40,227 nucleotides of DNA from Pseudomonadota bacterium (GTDB lineage Bacteria > Pseudomonadota > Alphaproteobacteria > Acetobacterales > Acetobacteraceae), in the NCBI GenBank assembly GCA_021845555.1, contig JAJZVS010000001.1, positions 1 through 40,227 of the forward strand, written 5' to 3'. A program made the translations under genes and the position numbers. This document shows, one piece after another, positions 10,078 through 18,673 of the stretch (position 1 is the stretch's first letter; each line of letters starts with the position of its first letter). Below the pieces are notes generated by a model. The model was not told the origin of the DNA. It saw only the letters and a list, made by a program, of their open reading frames with translations, and made no database searches.

Positions 10078-10989
10078 TTACATGGCGTGTTGGGCCGCGT
10101 GCAGGGGCGCGAGGAAATCAGGGTCGAAGACCCTGGTCGCCAGCACCTGGCAGCGGCGGATCAGGCGGGGCTCATCGGCGCGATAGTCGGCGATCGCGCG
10201 GTGGATGGTGCCGAGATGATCCCAGACCAGAAGGTCGTTCTCGGTCCAGACATGGGTCCAGCGGAACTCGGGACGAAGCTGGTGGGCGAACAGGAACGCC
10301 AGCATCTCAGCGCTTTCGGCTTCCGGCAGTTCGTTGATGCGTTCCGCGTAGCCGGGGTTGCAATAGAGCACCTTCCGTCCGGTGATCGGGTGGGTCAGGA
10401 ACAGCGGATGCACCGCCGGCGGACGGGCGCGCCGCTGTTCGGGCGTCAGCGGCGGGCGGGTGCTGCCGGCCCGGCGCGCGTTCTCCCAGTACTGGTTGAA
10501 ATCATGCGTCACGGTGGCGTCGGCGAGGCGCGCGCGCAGCGCTTCCGGCAGCGCGTCGTACGCCGCGTGCATGTTGGCGAACTCGGTGCCGCCTAGCGCA
10601 CGCCCGTCGCGGCGGGGGATGCGCACGCCGTACAGCACGTTCACGAAGCCCATCAGGTCGCGGTAGGACATGTCGGTGTGCCAGTCCTGCCCGGCGTCGG
10701 GAAAGCCGATGAGCTGCCCGCCTTGGCGGATGTTGGAAAGCACGCCAACTTCCGGCACCGCGCGTCCCGCCGCGGCCTCCTTCGCCACCGAGCCCTGGAT
10801 CGCGCCGAAGCGTTCGGCGAAGCCGCGCAGAGCCGGATCGTCCAGGTGCTGATCGGGAAAGCGCAGCACGCCGTGCCGGCCGAGCGCGAGCAGCAGCCGC
10901 GCGAAATCGCCCGCATCGATCGGGCCGGCCGTGTCCAGCCCCTCGATCGTGGCGCCGAGGATTGCATCGTTCGGCCTGACCGTGAACAT
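10078..10989 (-). CDS. TauD/TfdA-family Fe(II)/2-oxoglutarate-dependent dioxygenase
   Basis: This is the 3' 303 codons of track ORF 10078..12399: MFTVRPNDAILGATIEGLD..., WHTDMSY (HxD iron ligands), WDHLGTIHRA. GGAGG lies 9 nt upstream of ATG 10989. Confidence 0.85.
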   Translation of the reverse strand: MFTVRPNDAILGATIEGLDTAGPIDAGDFARLLLALGRHGVLRFPDQHLDDPALRGFAERFGAIQGSVAKEAAAGRAVPEVGVLSNIRQGGQLIGFPDAGQDWHTDMSYRDLMGFVNVLYGVRIPRRDGRALGGTEFANMHAAYDALPEALRARLADATVTHDFNQYWENARRAGSTRPPLTPEQRRARPPAVHPLFLTHPITGRKVLYCNPGYAERINELPEAESAEMLAFLFAHQLRPEFRWTHVWTENDLLVWDHLGTIHRAIADYRADEPRLIRRCQVLATRVFDPDFLAPLHAAQHAM

Positions 10990-11184
10990 CGCCCCGCCCC
11001 TCCTTCGCTTGCCGCCGCGCAGTCTAGCGCGCGTCGGCCCCGGCGCGCAGGGGCCTTTGCGGGGTGCTTTTTCGATTGCATCCCCGGCCGCTCCGGCCCC
11101 ACAGTCGCCCCGCCGGCCCCCGGGCCGACGTCCGCGCTGACCCCTGGGCTGGTCAAGACCTATAAGCCACAGGGAGAACAAAAC

Positions 11185-12396
11185 ATGATCGGACGACGCG
11201 AGCTTGTCACCGGCAGCCTGGCCGCGGGCCTGGCGGGGCGCTTCACCGCGGCGCGAGCCGCCGCGATGCCCGGGGTCACCAAGACCACGGTGAAGATCGG
11301 CAACACCATGCCCTACAGCGGACCAGCCTCCTCCTACGGGAACATCGGCCGGACGGAGTCGGCCTATTTCCGGATGATTAACGACATGGGCGGCGTCGCC
11401 GGCCACAAGATCGACTTCATCAGCCTGGACGACGGCTACGACCCGCCGCGCACGGTGGAGGACGTGCGCCGGTTGGTGGAGCAGGACAAGGTGGACTTCC
11501 TGTTCCAGGACCTCGGCACGCCGACCAACTCGGCGATCGCGCGCTATGTGAACCACAACAAGATCCCCACCCTTTTCGTCGGCTCCGGCGCCAGCAAATG
11601 GGCGGACTACAAACACTATCCGTGGGACATGGGCTGGCAGCCGAACTACCGGCTGGAGGCGCAGTTCTATACCCAGTACGCGATGAAGCACGTCAAGAAC
11701 CCGCGCTTCGCGGTGCTGTATCAGAACGACGACTTCGGCAAGGACTATCCCGCCGGCGTACGCGACGTGCTCGGCAAGGACGCGCATAAATTCATCGCCC
11801 GCGCCGCCAGCTACGAGACCACCGATCCCACCGTCGATTCGCAGATCGTCAGTCTCCAGGCCTCGGGCGCCAACGTGCTGATCGTCGGCGCGATCCCCAA
11901 GTTCGCCGCGCAGGCGATCCGCAAGGTGCATGAGATCGGCTGGAAGCCGATGTTCTTCATGACCAACGTCTCGATCTCGGTGGGCGGGGTGATGCGCCCG
12001 GCCGGCGCGAACAGCGGCCTCGGCATCATCAGCACCGGCTACCTGAAGGACCCGACCGACCCGAGTTGGAAGAACGACGCCGGGATGGAAAAATGGCGCG
12101 CGTTCATGGGCAAATACATGCCGAAGGCGGACATGTCGGATGCGGACTACGTGTTCGGCTACGGCATCACCCAGACGATGGTCCAGGTGCTGCGGCAGTG
12201 CAACGGCAACTTCTCGCGCCAGAACGTGATGCGCCAGGCCGAGAACCTGCACAATGTCAAGATCGACACGGTGCTGCCCGGCATCACCCTGAACACCAGC
12301 CCGACCGATCACCGCCCGATCAAGGCGATGCAGTTCCAGCGCTGGAACGGCGAAACCTGGGAACGCTTCGGCAAGCTGATCCAGGCGACCGCCTGA
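11185..12396 (+). CDS. ABC-transporter periplasmic substrate-binding protein (LivJ/Peripla_BP_6 type), no adjacent permease or ATPase genes
   Basis: 403 aa from ATG 11185 (AGGGAGA upstream). N-terminus MIGRRELVTGSLAAGLAG looks like a twin-arginine signal. IGNTMPYSGPASSYG and DDGYDPPRTV blocks are typical of the family. Confidence 0.88.
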   Translation: MIGRRELVTGSLAAGLAGRFTAARAAAMPGVTKTTVKIGNTMPYSGPASSYGNIGRTESAYFRMINDMGGVAGHKIDFISLDDGYDPPRTVEDVRRLVEQDKVDFLFQDLGTPTNSAIARYVNHNKIPTLFVGSGASKWADYKHYPWDMGWQPNYRLEAQFYTQYAMKHVKNPRFAVLYQNDDFGKDYPAGVRDVLGKDAHKFIARAASYETTDPTVDSQIVSLQASGANVLIVGAIPKFAAQAIRKVHEIGWKPMFFMTNVSISVGGVMRPAGANSGLGIISTGYLKDPTDPSWKNDAGMEKWRAFMGKYMPKADMSDADYVFGYGITQTMVQVLRQCNGNFSRQNVMRQAENLHNVKIDTVLPGITLNTSPTDHRPIKAMQFQRWNGETWERFGKLIQATA

Positions 12397-12406
12397 CAAC
12401 CGACGC

Positions 12407-12433
12407 GCGGGCGGGGCGCGCTGCCCCGCCCGC
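12407..12433. terminator. GC-rich hairpin between convergent genes (bidirectional terminator candidate)
   Basis: GCGGGCGGGGC gcgct GCCCCGCCCGC: 11-bp perfect stem, 5-nt loop, no U-tract. Confidence 0.6.
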
Positions 12434-12450
12434 CAACCCGGCGCTTGATG

Positions 12451-13512
12451 TCAGTTCCACAACACGTTGGCCGGATCGGGGCGCAGTTCGCCCCGCTCCA
12501 CCTGCTTCACCACCTCGGTCAGCCGCGCATGCGTCGGCGCCGGCACGCCCGCCTCGGCGCCGCGCGCGGCGATGAAGCCGTTCATGAACTCGATCTCGGT
12601 GCGCCGGCCCTTGGCCATATCCTGCGCCATCGACGGGCGTTGCAGGTCGCTGCGCGCCGCCCCGGTGGTGCCGGCCAGCATCAGCCGCTCCACCTCGGCC
12701 AGCGCCGCCGCATCGCCTTCCCCCGCGCGCGCGAGCTGGCCGGGATCGAGCGCGCCCACCTTGCCTACCCGGTAGCCCAGCGCCTGCCCGACCCGCACCG
12801 ATTCCGCGCCGAGGCGGATGCACACCCGGCGCACCGCGTCGTGCCGGTCGCGCTCGTTGCCGCCCATGCCGGTGGCGGCGGACACGCCGTTGCGCATGCC
12901 GTTCACGCAGAGCTTGGTCCAGCGCTCGCCCCACAGGTCGTCGGTCGCGTGCGTCACATCGACATCGTTCAGCAGCCCGGCGATCTCGCGCGCCCGCGCG
13001 GTGATCCGCCCGCTCGCCTCGCCGACATACAGGCACGTGAGATCCGGGCGCCGCGCCATCGTCCGGCGGATATGCGCGGGCTCGTAGAGATCGAGCGCCA
13101 GCCCGCCGGTCACCACCGTGCCCAGCGTGCGGCCCCAGCCGACCAGGGCGGCGATACGCTCCTCGTTGATACAATTTTGCATCGACACCACCACGCCGCC
13201 AGCTGACAGATAGGGCGCGATCAGCAAGGTGGCCCACTCGGTGTCGTAGGATTTCATCGCGACGAAGGCGATATCGACCGGGCGCTGCTTCGCCAGGTCC
13301 TGCACCTCGGTCACATGCAGCGCCGGGACGCGCACCACGCGGCTCTCCTGCGGGGTCATGCCGGACAGATGCATCCCGCCGGTGCGGATCGCCTCCACAT
13401 GCGCGGGCCAGGGGTCGATCAGCGTCACGTCGTGACCGGCCGCCGCCAGCCCCGAGCCGATGTAGCCGCCCACCGCCCCGGCGCCGACCACCGCGATCCG
13501 CTTGTCCGTCAT
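12451..13512 (-). CDS. 2-dehydropantoate 2-reductase (ketopantoate reductase, ApbA/PanE) family oxidoreductase
   Basis: 353 aa with N-terminal IAVVGAGAVGGYIGSGLAAAGHDVTLI Rossmann motif. GGGAGGAGA lies upstream of ATG 13512. Confidence 0.85.
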   Translation of the reverse strand: MTDKRIAVVGAGAVGGYIGSGLAAAGHDVTLIDPWPAHVEAIRTGGMHLSGMTPQESRVVRVPALHVTEVQDLAKQRPVDIAFVAMKSYDTEWATLLIAPYLSAGGVVVSMQNCINEERIAALVGWGRTLGTVVTGGLALDLYEPAHIRRTMARRPDLTCLYVGEASGRITARAREIAGLLNDVDVTHATDDLWGERWTKLCVNGMRNGVSAATGMGGNERDRHDAVRRVCIRLGAESVRVGQALGYRVGKVGALDPGQLARAGEGDAAALAEVERLMLAGTTGAARSDLQRPSMAQDMAKGRRTEIEFMNGFIAARGAEAGVPAPTHARLTEVVKQVERGELRPDPANVLWN

Positions 13513-13589
13513 CTCGTCTCCTCCCGTTTCGTGGTGCTACTCTGCCGGCTGCGCAGCGCTTGAACAATGCCGCCGGGCCGCCGATCCTG

Positions 13590-13654
13590 CCCCGCGCGAG
13601 GCGCCACTCCGGGGCGCCTTCGGGGGCGCCTCCGGGGTGGCGCCTCGCGCGGGG
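13590..13654. repeat. 65-nt extended palindrome in a divergent promoter region
   Basis: The outer arms are an exact 18-bp inverted repeat: CCCCGCGCGAGGCGCCAC (13590-13607) and GTGGCGCCTCGCGCGGGG (13637-13654). The inner segment is further, imperfectly, self-complementary. Confidence 0.7.
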
Positions 13655-13669
13655 CAGGGAAGGGGCTGC

Positions 13670-13987
13670 ATGCTCGGCAAGCTGCTGGTGGCCGGCGCGT
13701 TGGGCGCGGGCGTCGCGCTCATCGTGCCGATGCGGCGCGAACGCGCCCCGAACGACTGCACGGCCCTCGCGCGCCAGATCCTGGCCCACCCTCCGCCCGC
13801 CTACCAACTCCCCGCGCCGTCCGCGCTCGATCCCGCCACCGCCGGAGCGATCGCCGCCGCGCTGGCACGCGCGCGCTACCCCGGCGTGCCGCCGCAGATC
13901 ACCTGTGCGGCGGCCTACTGGGCCATGGCGCTCGACCCCGGCCTGCGCCGGTCGCTCCTGCGCCTCGCCAGCCGGCCCCCCGGCTGA
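13670..13987 (+). CDS. hypothetical small exported or membrane-anchored protein (105 aa)
   Basis: ATG 13670 is preceded by GGGAAGGGG. Hydrophobic N-terminus MLGKLLVAGALGAGVALIVP. High third-position GC. No family recognised. Confidence 0.45.
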   Translation: MLGKLLVAGALGAGVALIVPMRRERAPNDCTALARQILAHPPPAYQLPAPSALDPATAGAIAAALARARYPGVPPQITCAAAYWAMALDPGLRRSLLRLASRPPG

Positions 13988-14010
13988 TCGCCAACCGGAG
14001 AACCGCGCCG

Positions 14011-14487
14011 CTACGCCCGCCGCAGCCCGATGCGCCGCCCCGCCGCCGCTGGCCAGGGCCGCGTATCGCCGGCCACCGCCGCCTCCAGCCGCGCGCGCAC
14101 CGGATCGGGCCACGGCGCCGTGCGCCGGCTCGCCAGATCGACATGCAGGGTCATGATCTCGTGCGCCGCCGCGACCTCCCCGCTCGGCACATGGAGCATC
14201 TCATGGAACAGATGCAGCCGCTTGCCGTCGGCGCCCAACAAGCGCGAGGCCACGCGCAGCGGATCGCCCAGCACCGTCTCCCGCGCATAGACCGTGTGCG
14301 TCTCGACCGCGAAACACGCATGGCCGCTCGCCTGCCGGTAGGCGTCGCCGATGCCCAGCACGTCGAACACCCCGTCCGTCGCGTGGTCGAACACCACGAC
14401 ATAGTAGGCCAGGTTCATGTGGCCGTTGGCGTCGATCCACTCGGGCCGGACCCGCGCGTCATGGAAGGGCAGCTGCATCGTTCGCAC
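14011..14487 (-). CDS. acyl-CoA thioesterase, hotdog fold (4HBT/YbgC-like)
   Basis: VRPEWIDANGHMNLAYYVVVFDHATD... is typical of thioesterase-superfamily proteins. The listed start is GTG 14487; ATG 14478 is an alternative. Confidence 0.8.
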   Translation of the reverse strand: MRTMQLPFHDARVRPEWIDANGHMNLAYYVVVFDHATDGVFDVLGIGDAYRQASGHACFAVETHTVYARETVLGDPLRVASRLLGADGKRLHLFHEMLHVPSGEVAAAHEIMTLHVDLASRRTAPWPDPVRARLEAAVAGDTRPWPAAAGRRIGLRRA

Positions 14488-14525
14488 AGCTTGTTGCGGG
14501 CGCGAAGCCCGGTCAAGTTGGGCCG

Positions 14526-15959
14526 ATGCAGACCCTCGCGCGCGCCCGCTCCCTTCGCATCTTCCCGCCCGCCGCCGCGCGCCCCCCCGGCGACGGGCTG
14601 CCGCTCGCCGAGCGGCGGCGCGCCATGGCCACCATCGCCATCGCGGTCGCGATGTCGGTGCTGGACAGCGCCATCGCCAACATCGCCCTGCCCAGCATCG
14701 CCCATGAGCTGCACGTCACCCCGGCGGCCTCCATCTGGGTGGTCAACTCCTACCAGCTCGCGGTCACCGTCTCGCTGCTGCCGCTGGCGGCACTGGGCGA
14801 CATCCTGGGCTACCGGCGGGTCTATTGGGTCGGCCTCGCGGTGTTCACCGCCGCCTCGGCGGCCTGCGCGCTGACCCAGTCGCTGCCGGTGCTGATCGGC
14901 GCCCGGGTGATCCAGGGCTTCGGCGGCGCCGGCATCATGAGCGTGAACACCGCCCTCGTCCGCTTCATCTTCCCGCGCGACCAACTCGGGCGAGGGATCG
15001 GCTTCAACGCCTTCATCGTCGCCGTCTCCTCCGCCACCGGCCCCTCGATCGCCGCGGCGATCCTGTCGGTGGCCAGCTGGCACTGGCTGTTCGCGGTGAA
15101 CGTGCCGCTCGGCGCGGTCGCACTCTGGTACGGCGCGCGGGTGCTGCCCGCCACGCCGCAAAGCGGGCACCGGTTCGACCTCGCCGGCGCGGCCCTGAAC
15201 GCCGCGACGCTCGGACTGCTGATGATCTCGGTCGATGCGTTCGGCCGCGGCGAAAGCCCCGGCCTGGCCGCGGCCGGGATCGCCGCCGCCGTGGGCTTCG
15301 GCGTCTGGCTCGTGCACCGCGCCCGCGCCATGACCGCGCCGCTGCTGCCGGTCGATCTGTTTCGCCGGCCGGTGTTCGCCCTCTCGGTCGGTACCTCCAT
15401 CTGCTCCTTCATGGCGCAGACCCTGGTCTATGTCGCGCTGCCGTTCCTGTTCGAGGACGTCGGCCACCACTCGCAGATCGCCACCGGCCTGCTGATGACC
15501 CCCTGGCCGCTGATCGTCGTGGTGATCGCGCCGATCGCCGGACGGCTGTCCGACCGCTCCTCCCCCGGCCTGCTCGGGGCCATGGGCCTCGGGGTGATGA
15601 CGATCGGCATGGCACTGCTGTTCGCCATGCCGAGCCAGGCCGGCTGGGCCGATATCGCCTGGCGCATGGCCGTGTGCGGCTTCGGCTTCGGCTTCTTCCA
15701 GTCGCCCAACAACCGCCTTCTGCTCGGCTCCGCCCCGCCCGAACGCAGCGGCGGCGCCAGTGGCATGCTCTCCACCGCGCGCCTGCTCGGCCAGACCGCC
15801 GGCAGCGCAGTGGTGGCCCTGACGTTCGGCCTGTCGGGCGTCACGGGAACCGGAATCGCCGGCGGCGTGCGGCTCGCGCTGCTGGTCGGGCTGATCTCCT
15901 CCGGCATCGCGACGGCGATCAGCCTGCTGCGCCTGCGCGAACTCCGGCCCGCCACATGA
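14526..15959 (+). CDS. MFS transporter, DHA2 (EmrB/QacA-like, 14-TMS) family
   Basis: 477 aa: AMSVLDSAIANIALPSIA, GDILGYRRVYWVGLAVF and GFGGAGIMSVNTALV motifs, with multiple hydrophobic segments. Confidence 0.85.
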   Translation: MQTLARARSLRIFPPAAARPPGDGLPLAERRRAMATIAIAVAMSVLDSAIANIALPSIAHELHVTPAASIWVVNSYQLAVTVSLLPLAALGDILGYRRVYWVGLAVFTAASAACALTQSLPVLIGARVIQGFGGAGIMSVNTALVRFIFPRDQLGRGIGFNAFIVAVSSATGPSIAAAILSVASWHWLFAVNVPLGAVALWYGARVLPATPQSGHRFDLAGAALNAATLGLLMISVDAFGRGESPGLAAAGIAAAVGFGVWLVHRARAMTAPLLPVDLFRRPVFALSVGTSICSFMAQTLVYVALPFLFEDVGHHSQIATGLLMTPWPLIVVVIAPIAGRLSDRSSPGLLGAMGLGVMTIGMALLFAMPSQAGWADIAWRMAVCGFGFGFFQSPNNRLLLGSAPPERSGGASGMLSTARLLGQTAGSAVVALTFGLSGVTGTGIAGGVRLALLVGLISSGIATAISLLRLRELRPAT

Positions 15960-16621
15960 CCCCGACACCACGCCGGCCCGTCACGGTCTGGGACCTGCCG
16001 GTCAGGCTGTTCCACTGGTCCGCCGCCGCGCTGGTCGCCGCGCTCTGGGTCACCGAACGCTGGAACTGGATGGATTGGCACGTGCTGGCCGGCGAAACCC
16101 TGCTCGCGCTGCTGCTGTTCCGGCTGCTCTGGGGCCTGTTCGGCAGCGAAACCGCGCGCTTCGCCCGCTTCCTCGCCTCCCCCCGCGCCGCCCTGCACCA
16201 CCTCGCCCACCTGTTCGCGCGCGAACCGGACGACGAACCCGGGCACAACCCCGCCGGCGGCTGGATGGTCGTCGCACTGCTCGGCCTGATGACCGCCGAA
16301 TGCCTGACCGGTATCTTCGTCAACAACGACGTCGCCGACGAAGGCCCGTTCACCGAACTCGTGCCGGCCTGGTTCTCCAACCTGATGACCGACCTGCACA
16401 CGATCCTGTTCCAGGCACTGATCGCCGCCGTCACCCTGCACATCGCCACCGTCGCCCTCTACTTCCTCCTCAAAGGCCAGAACCTGGTCCGCCCCATGCT
16501 CACCGGAACCAAAACCCTCCCCACCACCACGCGCCCCCCCAAACGCGCCAGCCTCACCCGCGCCCTCCTGCTCCTCGCCCTCGCCACCGCCGTCACCACC
16601 GCCCTCGCCACCTGGGGCTGA
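15956..16621 (+). CDS. cytochrome b561 / Ni-hydrogenase-type b cytochrome family membrane protein
   Basis: 221 aa from ATG 15956: VWDLPVRLFHWSAAALVAALWVT, conserved His in predicted TM helices, HNPAGGWMVVALL. The ATG overlaps the MFS stop (ATGA). Confidence 0.8.
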   Translation: MTPTPRRPVTVWDLPVRLFHWSAAALVAALWVTERWNWMDWHVLAGETLLALLLFRLLWGLFGSETARFARFLASPRAALHHLAHLFAREPDDEPGHNPAGGWMVVALLGLMTAECLTGIFVNNDVADEGPFTELVPAWFSNLMTDLHTILFQALIAAVTLHIATVALYFLLKGQNLVRPMLTGTKTLPTTTRPPKRASLTRALLLLALATAVTTALATWG

Positions 16622-16671
16622 GGCGGCGAAGCAGCCAGCCCCCGGCCGGGGGAGTGCGGGAGTGACCGCAA

Positions 16672-16706
16672 GCAAGGCCAGGAGGGCTTTGCCCCCCTGG
16701 CCTTGC
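16672..16706. terminator. GC-rich hairpin between convergent genes
   Basis: GCAAGGCCAGG (16672-16682) pairs with CCTGGCCTTGC (16696-16706), plus an inner GGGC/GCCC stem around a TTT loop. Confidence 0.55.
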
Positions 16707-16745
16707 CTGCGATCGCCCCCGCAGCCCTCCCGGCCGGGGGGCCGG

Positions 16746-17948
16746 CTACTCCGCGGCCACGGCCACCAGGCGGCGGCGGGCGGTGGTTCGGGCGGCGGCG
16801 ACGCAGGCGAGGCTGGCGAGCATGAGGGTGGCGGCGAGCACGAGGATGAGGTTGGGGTGGCCGCGGTCGATCAGGAAGCCGAACGGGACGGGGGTGAGGG
16901 CGCTGCCCAGCGGCAGGCCGGAGCTGACGAAGCCGAACACTTTGCCCATTTGGCCGGCGGGTGCGGCTTCGCGCAGCATCATGTCGCGTGGGGTACGGGT
17001 GCAGCCGAGGGCAAGGCCGGCGGCGAGCATGCCGCCGATGGCGCCGAGGGCTGGCAGCGGGAGGGCGTTCACGCTGAGCAGCAGGGCGGCGGAGGTGACC
17101 GAGACGGCGACGGTGATTGACAGCAGGTGGTGTTTGAACCGGTCGGCCAGGAATCCGCCGCCCAGCACGCCGGCGGTGGCGCCGACGGTGAAGCCGGTGA
17201 GGGCGGCCGAGGCGTCGGTCAGGCTGATGCCGTGGGCGCGGTGCAGGACGGTGATGAGCCAGGCTTGCACGCCGGAGCCGGCCATGGCGCCCAGCATATA
17301 GAAGCCGAAGAACAGCAGCATGGGGGTGCTGATCAGCAGTTGTCGGCCGGAGATTTGCGCGCCGCGGCGCGGCTCGCGGGTCTGGTCGGCGAGGATGCCG
17401 CTTTGCGCCAGGATGGCGCCGGCGGCGGCGACGCCGGTGAGGCCGACGGCGATCAGGCTGGTGCGCCAGCCGATGGTGAGGGCGAGCAGGGCCATTGTCG
17501 GCGGTGCCGCGGCGAAGCCGACGTTGCCGCAGAACGTGTGCAGCGCGAAGGCGCGGCCCATGCGGTCCTTATCGACCGAGCCGGACAGGATCGCGTAGTC
17601 GGCCGGGTGGATCACCGAGTTGCCGATGCCGGAGACGACGGCGCAGACGAGAATCTGCCAGAAGCTGGTGGTGAACCCCATTGCCATGATGCCGAGCGAC
17701 ATCAGCAGCGCGCCGCCGACCAGGAAGGATCGCGCGCCGTGCCGATCGACCAGGAATCCGACCGGCGTTTGCAGGAGCGCGGTGGTGGCCGACATCAGCG
17801 CGAGCACCAGGCCGAGCGCGGCGAAGCTGACGTGGAACGTTGCCTGCCAGGCCAGGAACAGCGGCGGCAGGGCGAGCACGTAGAAATGCGCGAAGAAGTG
17901 TCCGGTGCCGATCAGGCAGTTCACGCGCGTGGTTCGGCTGAGCGCCAT
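16746..17948 (-). CDS. MFS transporter
   Basis: 400 aa from ATG 17948 (MALSRTTRVNCLIGTGHFFAHFYVLALPPLF...) with 12-TMS-like hydrophobicity. The track's TTG 18020 extension would run through the 17961-17993 hairpin. Confidence 0.85.
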   Translation of the reverse strand: MALSRTTRVNCLIGTGHFFAHFYVLALPPLFLAWQATFHVSFAALGLVLALMSATTALLQTPVGFLVDRHGARSFLVGGALLMSLGIMAMGFTTSFWQILVCAVVSGIGNSVIHPADYAILSGSVDKDRMGRAFALHTFCGNVGFAAAPPTMALLALTIGWRTSLIAVGLTGVAAAGAILAQSGILADQTREPRRGAQISGRQLLISTPMLLFFGFYMLGAMAGSGVQAWLITVLHRAHGISLTDASAALTGFTVGATAGVLGGGFLADRFKHHLLSITVAVSVTSAALLLSVNALPLPALGAIGGMLAAGLALGCTRTPRDMMLREAAPAGQMGKVFGFVSSGLPLGSALTPVPFGFLIDRGHPNLILVLAATLMLASLACVAAARTTARRRLVAVAAE

Positions 17949-17960
17949 CGCTCCGGATCC

Positions 17961-17993
17961 TTGCTGGGGCGGCGCTCCGGGCCGCCCCAGCAA
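17961..17993 (-). terminator. 13-bp perfect hairpin downstream of hpf
   Basis: TTGCTGGGGCGGC gctccgg GCCGCCCCAGCAA. No U-tract. Confidence 0.55.
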
Positions 17994-18033
17994 GATGGAA
18001 GCGGCGCCGGGCAGCGTCAATCGCCGGCGCGGG

Positions 18034-18621
18034 TTACGGCGCCGGGTCGATCCAGCCGATGTTGCCGTCGCTGCGGCGGTAGACCACGTTCAATTCGCCG
18101 CTGGTGGTGTTGCGGAACATCAGCACCGGCTGGTCGGCGAGGTCCATCCGCATCACCGCTTCGCCGACCGACAGGCGGCTGATCTCGGCGGGTTGTTCGG
18201 CGACCACGGTGGCGAAGGCGCCGATTTCCGCCTCCGCGCCGGGTTCCGCTTCGGCTTCGGCGCCGGTTGTCTCGCGCAGCACGTATTGGCGCCCGGCTTC
18301 CGGGCGTTCGCGCTGGGCGAGGTCGCGCGCGTGGTCGCTGACGCGGCGGCGGTAGCGGCGCAGGCGTTTGGCGATATGTTCGGCCGCGTCGTCGAACGCG
18401 GCGTGCGCGTCCGCCGCCTCCCCCTCGCCGCGCAGGCTGAGGCCGCGCCCGGCGTGCAGGTTGATGTCGCAGGTGAAAAAGCTGCGCGCGCGGCTGAACG
18501 TCACCTGCGCTTCCAGAGCATGGTCGAAATACTTGGAGGCGATCGCGTCCAGGTGCTTCGAGACCCTGCTCCGCAATGCGTCGGAGAGGTCCACCTGCTT
18601 GCCGGAAACCTTGATCTCCAT
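18034..18621 (-). CDS. hpf: ribosome hibernation promoting factor (long form)
   Basis: 195 aa from ATG 18621 (GGAGAAGG upstream): MEIKVSGKQVDLSDALRSRV..., with a C-terminal dimerisation-type domain (MDLADQPVLMFRN...LNVVYRRSDGNIGWI). It lies immediately downstream of rpoN. Confidence 0.9.
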   Translation of the reverse strand: MEIKVSGKQVDLSDALRSRVSKHLDAIASKYFDHALEAQVTFSRARSFFTCDINLHAGRGLSLRGEGEAADAHAAFDDAAEHIAKRLRRYRRRVSDHARDLAQRERPEAGRQYVLRETTGAEAEAEPGAEAEIGAFATVVAEQPAEISRLSVGEAVMRMDLADQPVLMFRNTTSGELNVVYRRSDGNIGWIDPAP

Positions 18622-18673
18622 CCTGCCTTCTCCTTGAAAGCGGCCCTGCGTCCGGCCGCCGGACCCGAGCGCT

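Noticed and set aside
11137-11166. CTGACC-18-TATAAG as the promoter of the binding-protein gene
   Set aside because: The predicted start site would fall inside the SD (11171-11177), leaving an implausibly short leader. I kept it only as a remote possibility.
10078-12399. 773-aa minus-strand ORF
   Set aside because: Only the last 303 codons (from ATG 10989, which has a GGAGG SD) are TauD-like. The upstream part is antisense to the binding-protein gene.
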